64,000 bases of DNA, from the NCBI GenBank assembly GCA_951406725.2, contig OX597815.1, forward strand, positions 67,270,001 to 67,334,000, written 5' to 3'. Below the pieces are notes generated by a model that did no database searches, was not told where the DNA came from, and saw only the letters and a program-made list of their open reading frames with translations. This stretch comes from Octopus vulgaris (Eukaryota). Below, piece after piece: positions 43,916 through 56,502 of this stretch. Both the position numbers and the translations under genes were made by a program. Numbering within the stretch: position 1 is the stretch's first letter; each line of letters starts with the position of its first letter.

Positions 43916-44706
43916 TAATTTTCTCGCATTGTGCGCTATTATTATTTGTGCTAGGTTACGGCAAGTACAAAAGGCGAGTTGGAGAGAGTGCGCATTGAAT
44001 ATTGAATATGCTAGACTTGAGAAAGTTTCTCGATTGCGGTGTAAAACTGTATGTATGTATGTATGTATGTATGTATGTATGTATGTATGTATGTATGTAT
44101 GTATGTATGTATGTATGTATGTATGTACGTACGTATGTGTGTATGTGGGTGTGTGTATGCATATATGTATGTATGCGTGTCTGTCTGTATGTATGTATGT
44201 ATTCTGCATATTCATGTGTTTGTGTGTGACTGTGCGTGTTTGTGTGTATGTATGTTTGTATGTATGTGTATGTGTGTGTGTATTTGTGTGCAGTTATATG
44301 TATACCTCTGTCTCCTTGCGTGTGTGTGTTTGAGTGTGTCTATATGTATGGCTTTGTGTGACCATGCTCATGCGTCTGTTATTTATGGATGTATGCCTCC
44401 ATATGTGTACTTGTGTGTATGTGTGTGTGTGTGCCTGCGTGCTTGTCTGTCTGTATTACCTATGTACCTATCTATTTACCTATGTATTTGTCTGCTTACC
44501 TACATATCCATCTACCTACCCATATTTATATATATTTGCCTACATAACAGCCTACTAGCAAATGTACCTATGTATGTATATTCTGTGGGCATTGGGATAT
44601 CACTACTTTTTACGTGTTTTTCCTATTTAGTATAGAGGATGCTTCATGTTTGAGGACGTACTCCTGTATTTGGACTCAACACCGGTGAGTCTGTTAGATA
44701 ATGAGG

Positions 44707-44739
<33 letters not shown>

Positions 44740-45361
44740 GGATAAGATTGTTAATTTAAATATCGATCTTATCAAGTGGTCAGCATGGCAATAAAAACCT
44801 TCAATGGTAATAATTATTATTAAAATTATAATTTAGGGTATATAAGAGATACCGCCACGCTGGAAATAGCAGCCAAAACCTGACTCTAAAACCACATTAA
44901 ATGTTCACCATCCAAATTTCTAATCAAGATTAATATTTCACTTGATGGTAATCTCACGAGCTAGCAGTTAATGAGAAAGAATCTTGAATAAATAGTCCCC
45001 TTTTACAGTCGATAGTAAATATATTCGATGGCTTATATATTTATTCTTACTGTGTTCCAGCAAATTAGAACGTAAATATGCTAACTCCTGAAGTGTTCGT
45101 TACAGAACAACTTGTCCTTTATGACGAATATAGTGTTTAGACATAGTTGTGTCTCGACAGTCAGAAGCTACCTCGGACTAATGCATTTCACTAGAACCTA
45201 TAGTCTTGGTTATAAATTCAGAGAAAAAAAATCTGTTCACAGAACAGTCATGATTTCTGCAAAAATAACAGTACAGTTCTATATTTAAGAGATGAGGAAT
45301 TATGTACATTATTTACATTATTTACATTTGACGGATATTTATCCTCATCTTGTTTGTTGTT

Positions 45362-45407
45362 AACACAGCGTTTAGGCTGGTATACCCTCCAGCCTCCATC
45401 AGGTGCC
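45362..45407 (-). ncRNA. Mutated copy of the 45799 hammerhead
   Basis: Reverse complement reads GGCAC-CTGATGG-A-GGCTG-gagggtatac-CAGCC-TAAA-CG-CT-GTGTT; several core substitutions. Confidence 0.7.
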
Positions 45408-45468
45408 TTGGGGAAATTTGAAGCCTGGATTCTCATTCCTAATGTATTTTTCGATGTTATTATTATTA

Positions 45469-45532
<64 letters not shown>

Positions 45533-45610
45533 CGTCATCATTCAACTTGGAATCGAACTTGGAATCTTGGGGTTAGTAGTCCGCGCTCTTAACCACTACG
45601 TCATATGTCC

Positions 45611-45686
<76 letters not shown>

Positions 45687-45798
45687 CAACAACAACGACG
45701 ACAGCAACAACAACAACAAGAACGACGACAGCAACAACAACAACAACAACATCGAAAAATACCTTAGGAATGAGAACCCAGATTCGAAATTTCCCCAA

Positions 45799-45844
45799 GA
45801 CACCTGATGAAGGCTGGAGGGTATATCAGCCGAAACGTTGTGTC
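45799..45844 (+). ncRNA. Minimal type I hammerhead ribozyme with intact core
   Basis: GACAC-CTGATGA-A-GGCTG-gagggtatat-CAGCC-GAAA-CG-TT-GTGTC: 5-bp stem I, 5-bp stem II, palindromic AACGTT helix III. Predicted cleavage after 45839. Confidence 0.85.
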
Positions 45845-47040
45845 AACAGCAAATAAGATGAAGACAAATATCCGCCACATGTAAATAATGTAAAAATAAG
45901 TGTAACAATTAAAAAAAAAAATTTTGACTTTGATCAGTAAGTGTTACTTCTATCTAGAAATCAAAGGAAATGACTACTATTCCCTTCAAATTTTGCTATT
46001 GTGACTTGGATAACAATGTTTTGTAACTGACCTATTTTCCATTACGTTTCAGACACGTTCAGCGCTGAGTTGCTGAATCAGAAATATTGTTATAGCAAAT
46101 ATTTTGCTCAATGCCACAAATTTGCTTGACCTTAACCACTGGAAATGGTTTGTTAGTGGCTGATAATATGTGCGTTTTTGATCATGAACTGGGGTAGTGG
46201 GGAGCATTGTAGCTATGTGTTGAGAGTGATTCTTTTGGGGTTTGAATAAATGTAACAAAAGCAAAGTTTGAAATATTAGCCATTTTTCATGGCAAATAGG
46301 AAATAACAGTTCTTGAGTAGCAAGAACAAAAATCGTGTTACACAGTATAATTCGTCTATGCATGGAAAATAGTGAGAAACAAAACGATGGCTCGCATATT
46401 TTTCATAAAGCGTTCTGGCAGATTCAAACGTGAACAAGCTAACCGCTGTTGTGTTTTGTCACAGAAGAACAACTGTTTTGCGACGAATATGGTTTGTCAA
46501 AATTAGTTCCTATTTCAGTTCCATCCAATAATATCAATCTCAGTTTAACGATTTACAATTATAATTATTTACTTACAAAGCAGATCGATTAGATTTATGT
46601 GCTTTTTGAACACAGAAAAGCACCGGTAGCAGGATGTGAACCATTCAACTCGTTTGCTGATGCTATAAAGATGTATTTCAACAAAAGACAACTTTACTAT
46701 CCCAATACCGTAACGTGCTTACCTTGGTTTTACTGGTCTGACTGTGAGAACTGTGAGAACGACAAATTTGTTTCATGAAGCACAACAACAGAAACAACAA
46801 GAACAGTAGCAGCAATGATAATTTACGCAAAGCAGGAACTTTACAGACAAGTCATCATTAAAATGTAACAATAAGAATTATCTAGGTCGAAACTGAAACC
46901 TGTTAAAAAGTAACAGCTAAATCATCCTCAAATCAAACTTTACCGACTCAATAAAATAAGTACCAGTTGAGCACTGAGATCGATGTAATCGACTAATCTC
47001 TTCCCACTAAAATTGTTGACTTTGTGCAAAAAGTTAAAAC

Positions 47041-47115
<75 letters not shown>

Positions 47116-47120
<5 letters not shown>

Positions 47121-48044
47121 AATAGTAAAAAGTGAAAAACTACAGAAGGCTTAAAGGTTAAAAAATATATATATTTGCGTCAATATGTCTGAAGAATATT
47201 AAAAAAATTATTTTCCTTACAATGACATAATTTAGAAGAAAGACCGGTTTGGCGTTTAGCTTCTCAAATTTCTTGCCACGTTATGTTTATGTTGAATAGA
47301 GTTATCGTTATGTTTATGTTTAAAAGAGTTCTAAATAAGGGGAGGTAATGAGTGATTTCTTCCGGTGTAAGGGAGATAATCGCTTAAAATATTTTTCTTT
47401 TCCCTTGGTGTGAATTTCTCTGTATCAGTATGTTGGCATGGTTAAGTCTGGGCTTGTACTTTTCAATGAAGAATGTTTCCTTGTTTAGTCTAATTTGTGT
47501 TGATGATCCGATAGCACATTGGTAAAATGGAAAGATTAAAAATTGTAGTAGTTGCTTTGCGCATTTCTCAATGTGCTCACTAAAAAGTATCATTCTGTAT
47601 TCTGGGAATGCAATCTGTTGTCGATGCAGTGTGCATCTACGTCTGAGTGATATCCCACGTAGTCTTGGTGGCAGCCCGAGCATTTTATGACATAAATTAT
47701 GTTTTAAGAGGCACATGCCAACATACTGATACAGAGAAATTCACACCAACGGAAAAGAAAAAAAATTTAAGCGATTATCTCCCTTACACCGGAAGAAATC
47801 ACTCATTACCTCCCCTTATTTAGAACTCTTTTAAACATAAACATAACGATAACTCTATTCAACATAAACATAACGTCGCAAGAAATTTGAGAAGCTAAAC
47901 GCCAAACCGGTCTTTCTTCTAAATTATGTAATTGTAAGGAAAAAATTATTTTTAATATTCTTCAGACATATTGACGCAAATATATATATTTTTTAACCTT
48001 TAAGCCTTCTGTAGTTTTTTCACTTTTTTACTATTTTCTATATA
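47116..48044 (-). mobile_element. Truncated Penelope-like insertion: GIY-YIG C-terminus between about 325-bp inverted pLTRs
   Basis: 47116-47440 is the near-perfect reverse complement of 47714-48044. The spacer encodes LRRRCTLHRQQI..FSEHIEKC..IFPFYQ..RLNKETFFIEKYKPRLN on the minus strand. Lies within TA/TATC tracts. Confidence 0.92.
47880..47918 (+). ncRNA. Degenerate minimal hammerhead in an inverted pLTR (mirror copy near 47236-47274, minus)
   Basis: AAGAAA-tttgagaa-GC-taaac-GC-cAAA-CCGG-TC-TTTCTT: perfect 6-bp stem I, ACCGGT palindrome and GUC site, but non-canonical core bases. Confidence 0.6.
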
Positions 48045-48075
48045 TTCAACCATGTGCTTTCACAAACCAACTTTC

Positions 48076-48241
<166 letters not shown>

Positions 48242-48244
48242 AAC

Positions 48245-48395
48245 TTATAATCATGGGCAAAAGAAGAATTATTTCCATGCCAATATGCTGATAACAGACT
48301 TTAAATCGTCAATTTCCAATGTGGAAATTGACGATTTAACGTCTGTTATCAGCATATTGGTATGGAAATAACTTTTCTTTTGCCCTTGTTTATAA
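48245..48395. repeat. Foldback with about 74-bp arms
   Basis: ttataa..gggcaaaagaa..ccaatatgctgataacagac.ttaaatcgtcaatttcca / tggaaattgacgatttaa.gtctgttatcagcatattgg..ttcttttgccc..ttataa. Confidence 0.9.
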
Positions 48396-48490
48396 TTTTA
48401 ACCTTTAAAGGTATTTTAATACGCTACCACTTTTGATGAAATTTTTTTTCTGATAAATTTTTTATCCTATATTACTAGTACATACATACA

Positions 48491-48587
<97 letters not shown>

Positions 48588-48589
48588 TT

Positions 48590-48748
48590 ATTTTCCCTCG
48601 CTTCTTATTTTTGTGTTCCCTTACTGTCGAAGAGTGTAGGCTCGAAACGTAAGAGGTTTACTCACTTCCCGAGCGTTAAATTAATACATCAGTCTGTTGT
48701 TTACACACCCGTCTTCGTCTTTTGCTTTGTTTTCTATTGTAAATTCCA

Positions 48749-48750
<2 letters not shown>
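48590..48750 (+). mobile_element. Solo PLE pseudo-LTR carrying an HHR-like motif (48619-48656)
   Basis: Homologous to 17580-17715 (-). Motif cctta-CTGTCGA-A-GAGT-gtag-GCTC-GAAA-CG-TA-agagg. Lies between (TA)n and (CA)n. Confidence 0.75.
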
Positions 48751-48801
<51 letters not shown>

Positions 48802-50306
48802 GTATGTGTGTATGTGTGCGTGCGTGTGTACATGAGTTGCTCACTTTTTGAATGTACACGACCTCGTGTTAGAGTGTCCGGCTCATGAACATAATGTTCT
48901 GGGTTCGATTTCTGGTGCGTGCGGCGCATTTTGTCATTGAGCAGGACATTTTATTCACGTTGTTCCAGTAAGCTTATCTGAAAATAGTACTAGTCTTGTG
49001 TTGCTGCAGTTACAAATTCAAATGCTGTCGTGGTCGATTTTTGTCATTCACCCTCTCGAGATCGATAAAATAAATAACTGTTGGGTATTGGTGTCGATTT
49101 AATCGATTCACCGCCTTTCCTCAAAATTCGAGCGCGTTGTGCCAAGTATTAGAAGGAATTATTTACATAAAAATAAACGCAAAAAAGTAGCTGACTATGT
49201 CTTCCAAGGATTATATTTGTTCCATGCATTCCAAACTTTGCTAATTGTTCTTTTTAAATCATTCTGATATAAATCATGTAAATCATGGCTTATATCTCAA
49301 TACCACATTCTAGGAATCGAACTTTAGACCTTGAAGTTATCAACAGAAGAATATGTGGCGTTTAACAATGTTTTCTGATAAACATCAGAACGCACGAACA
49401 CATACATATGTACAAACATACACAAACACAAAGACGCAAATACGTATACACATGCATGAATTCACCCACATATAAAATGTTATGAAAAAACTATAAGATT
49501 CCTAAATTAATTCATATACATCTATAAATGAGTAAATATATATACACAAGGAAATTATATAATTTTAAATGTTTATGTCCCTTTGTATAAATACTTATTT
49601 TTTATACTTGCAAAACTTGGAACAGCGTGTTTACACACACACAGATATAAATATGCCATATGTACGCGTGTATATATGTATGTATAAATATGTGTGTGTA
49701 TTCATATACGCATATATATATGTACAAATTTATAGCTATAGTGAAACAATGAAAATAGTAATAATATAATGCATTTATGCATATATATATATATATATAT
49801 ATATATGCATACAATATATTCACACACACATACATGTGTGTATTAATGTATGTATGCGTAGACACGCACATACATACATTAAAACACGCATACATACACA
49901 CGTGTATGTATACAGGCATACAAACCTACATACACACACATAAATAAACACGTGAATGTATACTTACAGACATTCATACGTACATACATACATACGCATA
50001 TACATTCTTAATACACACGCGCATACACAAACACGCACATACATACGAGATGCCAACACAATAGAGACATAATTGATTCTTCTTAGACATCAGACCACAT
50101 CACCGGAAAGAATAAAATCTAATTGTTTACAGAGATACAAAGAGAGATAAACAAAATTTCAGAAGGAAAAACATAAATAAGTAAATAAAGAAAAGGTAAT
50201 AAGGAATTGATAATTAGAGGAAAGTGATAGTGATGTAGAAAATAATGTGCAAGGTGAGAGATAAAACAGGATAAAGTTATATATATATATATAACTTTAT
50301 CCTATT

Positions 50307-50418
<112 letters not shown>

Positions 50419-50428
50419 CATACATACA

Positions 50429-50515
<87 letters not shown>

Positions 50516-52624
50516 ACACGAATATATAGAAAGGAGGGAATAGAGAGAGAACGAGATGTATAGAAAGGGGAATATATAGAGAGAGGATAAGATGATGAGA
50601 AAAGAGAGAAAGAGAGAGAGAGAGAGTGAGGGCGAGAGAGAAAGGGAAGGAGAGTGAAAAGGGGACGTAAATGATAAAGCAATGTATACATATGTATGTA
50701 GATGTGTGTGTATGTACATATATACATATATATGTGTGTGTGTGTGCCTGTCCAAATATGAAACTATACGCAGACACACACGCACACACACACGCACACA
50801 CACACGCACACACACACGCACACACACACATGCACACACACATACATACACACATGCGCACACACATACATACACACATGCACACACACACACATATGCA
50901 CCACACACACACACAAATGAAACAATACAATATAATAAAATCTTAAACTGAAAAATTAAAATATATGAAAAAAAGAGAAGACAAAAACAACAAAAACATA
51001 TAATAAAAAGATCCGTCGAAGAATTGACAGTTTGTTTCATAGTTAAATTCTATGGTTTTGCGTCGCAATTATGAACAATCAACCAATCTTGCCAGAGGGC
51101 GCACAAAGCGGACGATTTTATAAATTTTAAATTCTTATTTCTTTAGAGTTTCGAAAATAGAAATTTTTTCTCCTCTTTCCTGCAGTGTGTCGTGACCAAA
51201 TGATAGCATTCATTCAGATCCAAGTCTTCATTTGAAATTTTTATTATTATATTCCACCATCATTAGTTAGCATTAAGGTCGACTGAGAATAAAGCGCTGG
51301 TTATATATAACGATAAAGAAAAAACAAAATACCAACGGTTATAACGTGTCTTCTGGATCGATATCAGTTCCAGATTTTGCCCAATAAAGTTTTAGAGGAC
51401 TTTTATTTGAACTGCGATAACATGAATTTGGATTGTTGTACAAAGACAGACCGAGTCATCTGCATGAATTAGCAACAGCTAAATTCATGAATCCTTCCTC
51501 CTTACATACATCCAGCATACATTTCTAACATTGGGGCTGAGGTGACAGAAACAATATAGCGCCATTTTGAATGCGTCCTGTATTCAGTTTCCCCTTCCTT
51601 GTATTTTAATATCTATCCTTCTGAGGTCTTGTTAACCTTCCTACTGCACTCAATATTATAAGTGCCTCTTCAAGTTTATGAGCTTGTATTAACGTACAAA
51701 AAAAAATTATATTTGAAATTCTAAACGAAAGCCAGAAATGTTGACACGAGCATTAAAGTGAAAACTGGATCCTAGATTAAGTTCCAATTTATGGCTTCAA
51801 CTTTTACTCTTAATCTCTTTCCCAAGGATCAATAAAATATTGGACTGTATATTTATAATATAAATCCCATAAATCTAGCATATATCTCTGGATTTATAGT
51901 ATTAGGTGGATGATACATAGATTGTTTTTTCCTATTGTGATCTCTAGTTCAATGTAAGCTACAGTTCCCAGTCGTCACAGCCCTGGGAAATGAATAGAGT
52001 TATGAGAATATGAGAAGATTTAGCCTTTGAGTAACTGCTGCGATCCTCATATCATGACTTCATAAACAGGTTAGAGAGAAATAACTGGTTTTGTTTTTGG
52101 ATCAGCAAAAAACGTTTCATATTTTTGTTGAAGTAAGACATGTGAAGGTTTTTCATATTCTCACTTTACCCAAGAACACAGAAAGAGTATGTAAAGGGAA
52201 CTTATATGAATTTGAGAATCGAAACCGTGACTCCAGGAGCTTAGTATCTTATTACTTGCTATAGAGTATTTAATATTAGAGCATATTTAATAGATTTTGT
52301 ATTTGACAGTCAAAATTAATTGATGATGATGGTGGTGATGATGACGACGATGACGACGATGATGATTATGATGATAATGATGGTGATGATGATGAAGACA
52401 ATGTCAGTGACAACGATGATGATAAGGATGACAATGATGATGACGACAACGACGAAGGCGATATTTATCATTAATCGATTAATTTTGGATTTTTAAATAT
52501 GATTGCCACCGTTCTCCTCCTCCTTCTACTCATCATCATCATCAGCATTATCATTCTCTACTAGTCACTATAAAATATTCACTCGGCACACTTATTATTC
52601 AGGTTATAGTTCATAGTGAGGTAT

Positions 52625-52666
52625 ACCCTTTCTTACTTGACCCTAACCCTAACCCTTTCTTACTTG
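52625..52666 (-). repeat. Two TTAGGG units flanked by a 15-bp direct duplication
   Basis: accctttcttacttg-accctaacccta-accctttcttacttg. Confidence 0.8.
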
Positions 52667-53507
52667 TGGTAACTTATAAAGTTACCACAGCAGGAATTTT
52701 TTTATTAAGGTTTCTCTATTGGACATTTATCAATATTTTTGATATCGTTTAATTTTTATCATTATATTGATAGGTTTACACTTAATTCACATGTCTGGCT
52801 AGAAAGAATAAATAAATAAATAAATACCTCACTAAAAAAGTGATACAAACAAACGAGGTAAGCCATTAAATTTAAAAGAGAATCATAGACATAGTTTAGC
52901 GACTTTTGATAATATCAGTCAAACGATAGAGTTGTCAAATAATAAACAAACAGGAAAACAATAGTGGAGAGAGATAAGAGAATTAGTTTTAAAGCATATT
53001 CAAAAAGAATCAATGAATAATATTTAGAGAAAGACCGATTAAAAAGTTAGAGATGGGGATGATGGTGGAAGATGCACCAGTAGTACTATGCAAATTAGTG
53101 TTACATCAAAGCAATATGATTGGTATATGTGGTTCTCACGGCCCATACTATAAAGATCTTAGGTTAAATATAAGTTCACGCTTGAATATAATGACTGGAT
53201 TTGGCGTTAATCGGTCAACCAGATATTTGTCCTAAAATTTAAAATCTACAGCCATTATTGCGGCACTACTGATGTTAGGCAGGTGATAATGGTGTCTCTA
53301 TGTAGCGAATGTTTTACCGCTGTTTTTAGTTGTCAGCATGGTTTGGATCAGTGCACATCGTGTGTTTATTGTTGCAGTGTTTAGCAAGAATAGTGAACGG
53401 GGGATTTTTTGTAGCATTCAGTACTCTCAAAGATTTTCTCTTTGTTTGTTAGTTACTTATCTCACAGCTAACTAGATAAAGATTATAATACGAACGATAT
53501 CAGTTAT

Positions 53508-53553
53508 AGTCGTACTATCAGTTGATATAGTTATATCAACTGATAGTACGACT
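53508..53553. repeat. Perfect 22-bp-arm palindrome with a 2-nt spacer
   Basis: agtcgtactatcagttgatata-gt-tatatcaactgatagtacgact. Confidence 0.95.
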
Positions 53554-53845
53554 TATATGCATTACATTTTATCTGTTTCAAGGAAAAAAATTAAATTCCA
53601 GTAAAAAAGGATCTTGTAATGAAACCGTTTTATATATACTGGCAGGTATTGCTGCAAAACAGCCAGGTTAAGCTTTCAGAACAAAACTGATCTTCTTTTT
53701 CAATAAACTGTTTCAAAATACGTTCCGAGATGTCTTACGTACGTTAGGATTTAATTAATTGTAACAAACCAAATTTGAATTTGTGTTTTCATTATTGTCT
53801 AAACGTACTTATTTTCCCAGAATTCGGTTCTTTCCAAATATATAT

Positions 53846-54280
53846 TTCTTCTTCTTCTTCTTCTTCTTCTTCTTCTTCTTCTTCTTCTTCTTCTTCTTCT
53901 TCTTCTTCTTCTTCTTCTTCTTCTTCTTCTTCTTCTTCTTCTTCTTCTTCTTCTCCTCCTCCTCCTCCTCCTCCTCAACACCTCCTCCTCCTCAACACCT
54001 CCTCCTCCTCAACACCTCCTCCTCCTCCTCAAAACCTCCTACCCCTCCTCAACACCTCCTCCTCCTCCTCCTCATCATCATCATCATCACCAGCACCAGC
54101 AGCAGCACCAGCAGCAGCACCAGCAGCAGCACCAGCAGCAGCACCAGCAACAGCACCAGCAGCAGCACCAGCAGCAGCACCAGCAGCAGCACCAGCAGCA
54201 GCACCAGCAGCAGCACCAGCAGCGCCACCGCCACCACCACCATCATCATCGTCATCATCATCATCATCATCATCATCACC
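53846..54280. repeat. Compound trinucleotide array (TTC)n-(CCT)n-(CAT)n-(CCAGCAGCAGCA)n
   Basis: Direct inspection. Confidence 0.97.
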
Positions 54281-54312
54281 GGTACATATACATACATAAA
54301 CACAGACAGACA

Positions 54313-54377
<65 letters not shown>

Positions 54378-54568
54378 AGATGTATATAAACTAATCATAT
54401 CAAAATTAACCGACTGCTCTGAATTTCCTCCAGTAGCTGGATTTTTCACGACTGTGGAAACCTGAGCAAAAGTCTGGATTTACCCAATCTACTCAGAGTA
54501 TTCAGCTCTATATCAGACCATGCTTGCACTATTCAATATATATATATATATATATATGTATATGTATA

Positions 54569-54624
<56 letters not shown>

Positions 54625-54631
54625 TATATAT

Positions 54632-54724
<93 letters not shown>

Positions 54725-56339
54725 ACACACACACACACATATATATATTCACACACACACACACACACACATATATATACATACACAAACACACCTAAAT
54801 ACATACGTATATACGAAACCATGGGTGTTTGTTTTAGTATTTGTTGTATTATTTGTGTAATTTCACACAATAAAGTGTTAAACGGTTGAATCTTTGTTTC
54901 TCAATATTAAACCACACCTTGCTTACTTGTTTTCCGCCGCCGTTAAGTTGAAATCAAACTGAAACAATAGCTGCCATTGACCTTGTTCACTATTAACGTT
55001 TTTTCTTCTGCTCATTACTTTGTATCTCAAGTTACACACCATAAGAACTTGCAAATGTTTCACTTTTATTATTTGTTTCCCATTTAAGGATTTTCGTTTT
55101 TGTTATCTCCACACTTTATTTCGTAATGTTCGTTGTTTCTTTTGCCTTTCCGATACTGAATTTTCTTTTTGTCTTTCGTTTTACAAATTCGTTTATTCTC
55201 CACGTCTTCCATTTCTATCGCCCCAGTATCTAATTCATACACGAATCTTCTCTCTTTGTATTTGTTTCTCGATTGTCATAAGATTTCATTTCATTCTCTA
55301 TAGTTTTTTTATAATTTTTTTTCATTACATCCTCCTCTGAAGTGTCTTGTATGTATTTTATTCTCTTTATTATGATAGTTTTTAAAGCACTCATCCGATT
55401 TTAAGCTAGCTTTAGATTTTGGTTTTATTCTTAATTTAGATTTAGTCTTTCACTCCTAAAATCTTATACCTTTGCTTCCTTATTTCACTTCATTCTTTCC
55501 ATTATTTTTTCTTTTCTTTATTTTATTTACTTCCCCTGTTGTTTTAACAGTTTTTTAAAGCTTCCTCTTTCTTTTTTCTTCCTCTTCTACGATTTTCATT
55601 TTATCTCACACATTTACAATTTTTCCACACTTCATACACTCTTATTTCCTTCTCTTGGATTGTTTACATTCTTCGCTTCACTAATCACCTCAATTCCTCC
55701 TTCTTTCCTTTTATTTTCCCCGTCACCAATGTCTTTGTTTTATTTTTTTCCTATTGTCTTATTCTTGTTACAATTATATTACACCTCCTAACTTTTATGC
55801 CTTTTTCTCCCACACATTCTTCTTAACATTTCTTTCACATCATCTTTTTCTCCACGTTTTCTTCCCACCACGCCACCTAAACTCTTCTTTTACAAGCCAT
55901 TCATATTTCTACTGTTCATATGGCTCATTCCCATTGCAAATTCCTTGTACGAATCAAGGCATACATTCCATCATAGATGGACACAAAACTTAAAGGGGAG
56001 ATAACCAAAAGACTCTATGTTGATCACATGGCATTCATACATGTCTACAATATTGACATCTGTTACATAACTAAAATAAAAAGGTTAAATTGCATATCTC
56101 AATCAGATTTTAGGATGATATCACCAAGACATTACCTCTAAGGTAATCGCAGTTCTAATGCGATGATATAAGATTAAACATATCTTCATTAAAGAAATCT
56201 TTTTCACAATAACAATTCCTTATTCATCCTCCCACATGGTAACCCAGTAGCTTGAGAGGATTTCTTAAATATTTACGAATCCTAAGCATCGAGCACTTCA
56301 GAACATTATTAATAATCCTTCGGTTATTTCACTTGGCCG

Positions 56340-56495
56340 TTTTTTTACTTGCTTCAATCACTGGAGTGCAGCCTTGCTGGGTACTGCCGTGAAGGTTTTA
56401 CTTGAACATATCGACCTCAGTACTTTTTAAAACTCTGGTACTTATTCTATCAGTTTGTTGTGTCGAAGCATTAAGTTAAGAAAACGTAAACACAC
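56340..56495. repeat. Dispersed repeat (family D); copies at about 28460-28575 and 1120-1170
   Basis: Shared ttttact..ca.tgga.tgc.gc.atgctgg....gcc.tgaagg..ttttaaaactctggtactta. Precedes a family C SINE both here and at 28.5-28.8 kb. Confidence 0.7.
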
Positions 56496-56502
56496 ACGCG
56501 TG

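Larger units (their letters stand above)
45274..45895 (-). mobile_element. Composite element: tRNA-like head, (AAT)n and HHR module, plus an inverted copy of (AAT)n and the HHR module
   Basis: 45541-45610 (-) has A-box tgacgtagtgg and B-box gttcgattcc. 45274-45458 (-) and 45748-45895 (+) are homologous HHR modules. Confidence 0.75.

Noticed and set aside
45541-45610. tRNA gene
   Set aside because: A/B boxes are present but there is no acceptor stem or complete cloverleaf; treated as a SINE head.
45900-46300. Probable DNA-transposon-derived repeat
   Set aside because: No TIRs or coding motif identifiable within the window.
53775-54355. Poly-Ser/Pro/PAAA ORF resembling a structural protein
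   Set aside because: Entirely a compound trinucleotide array; no convincing splice sites or domain.
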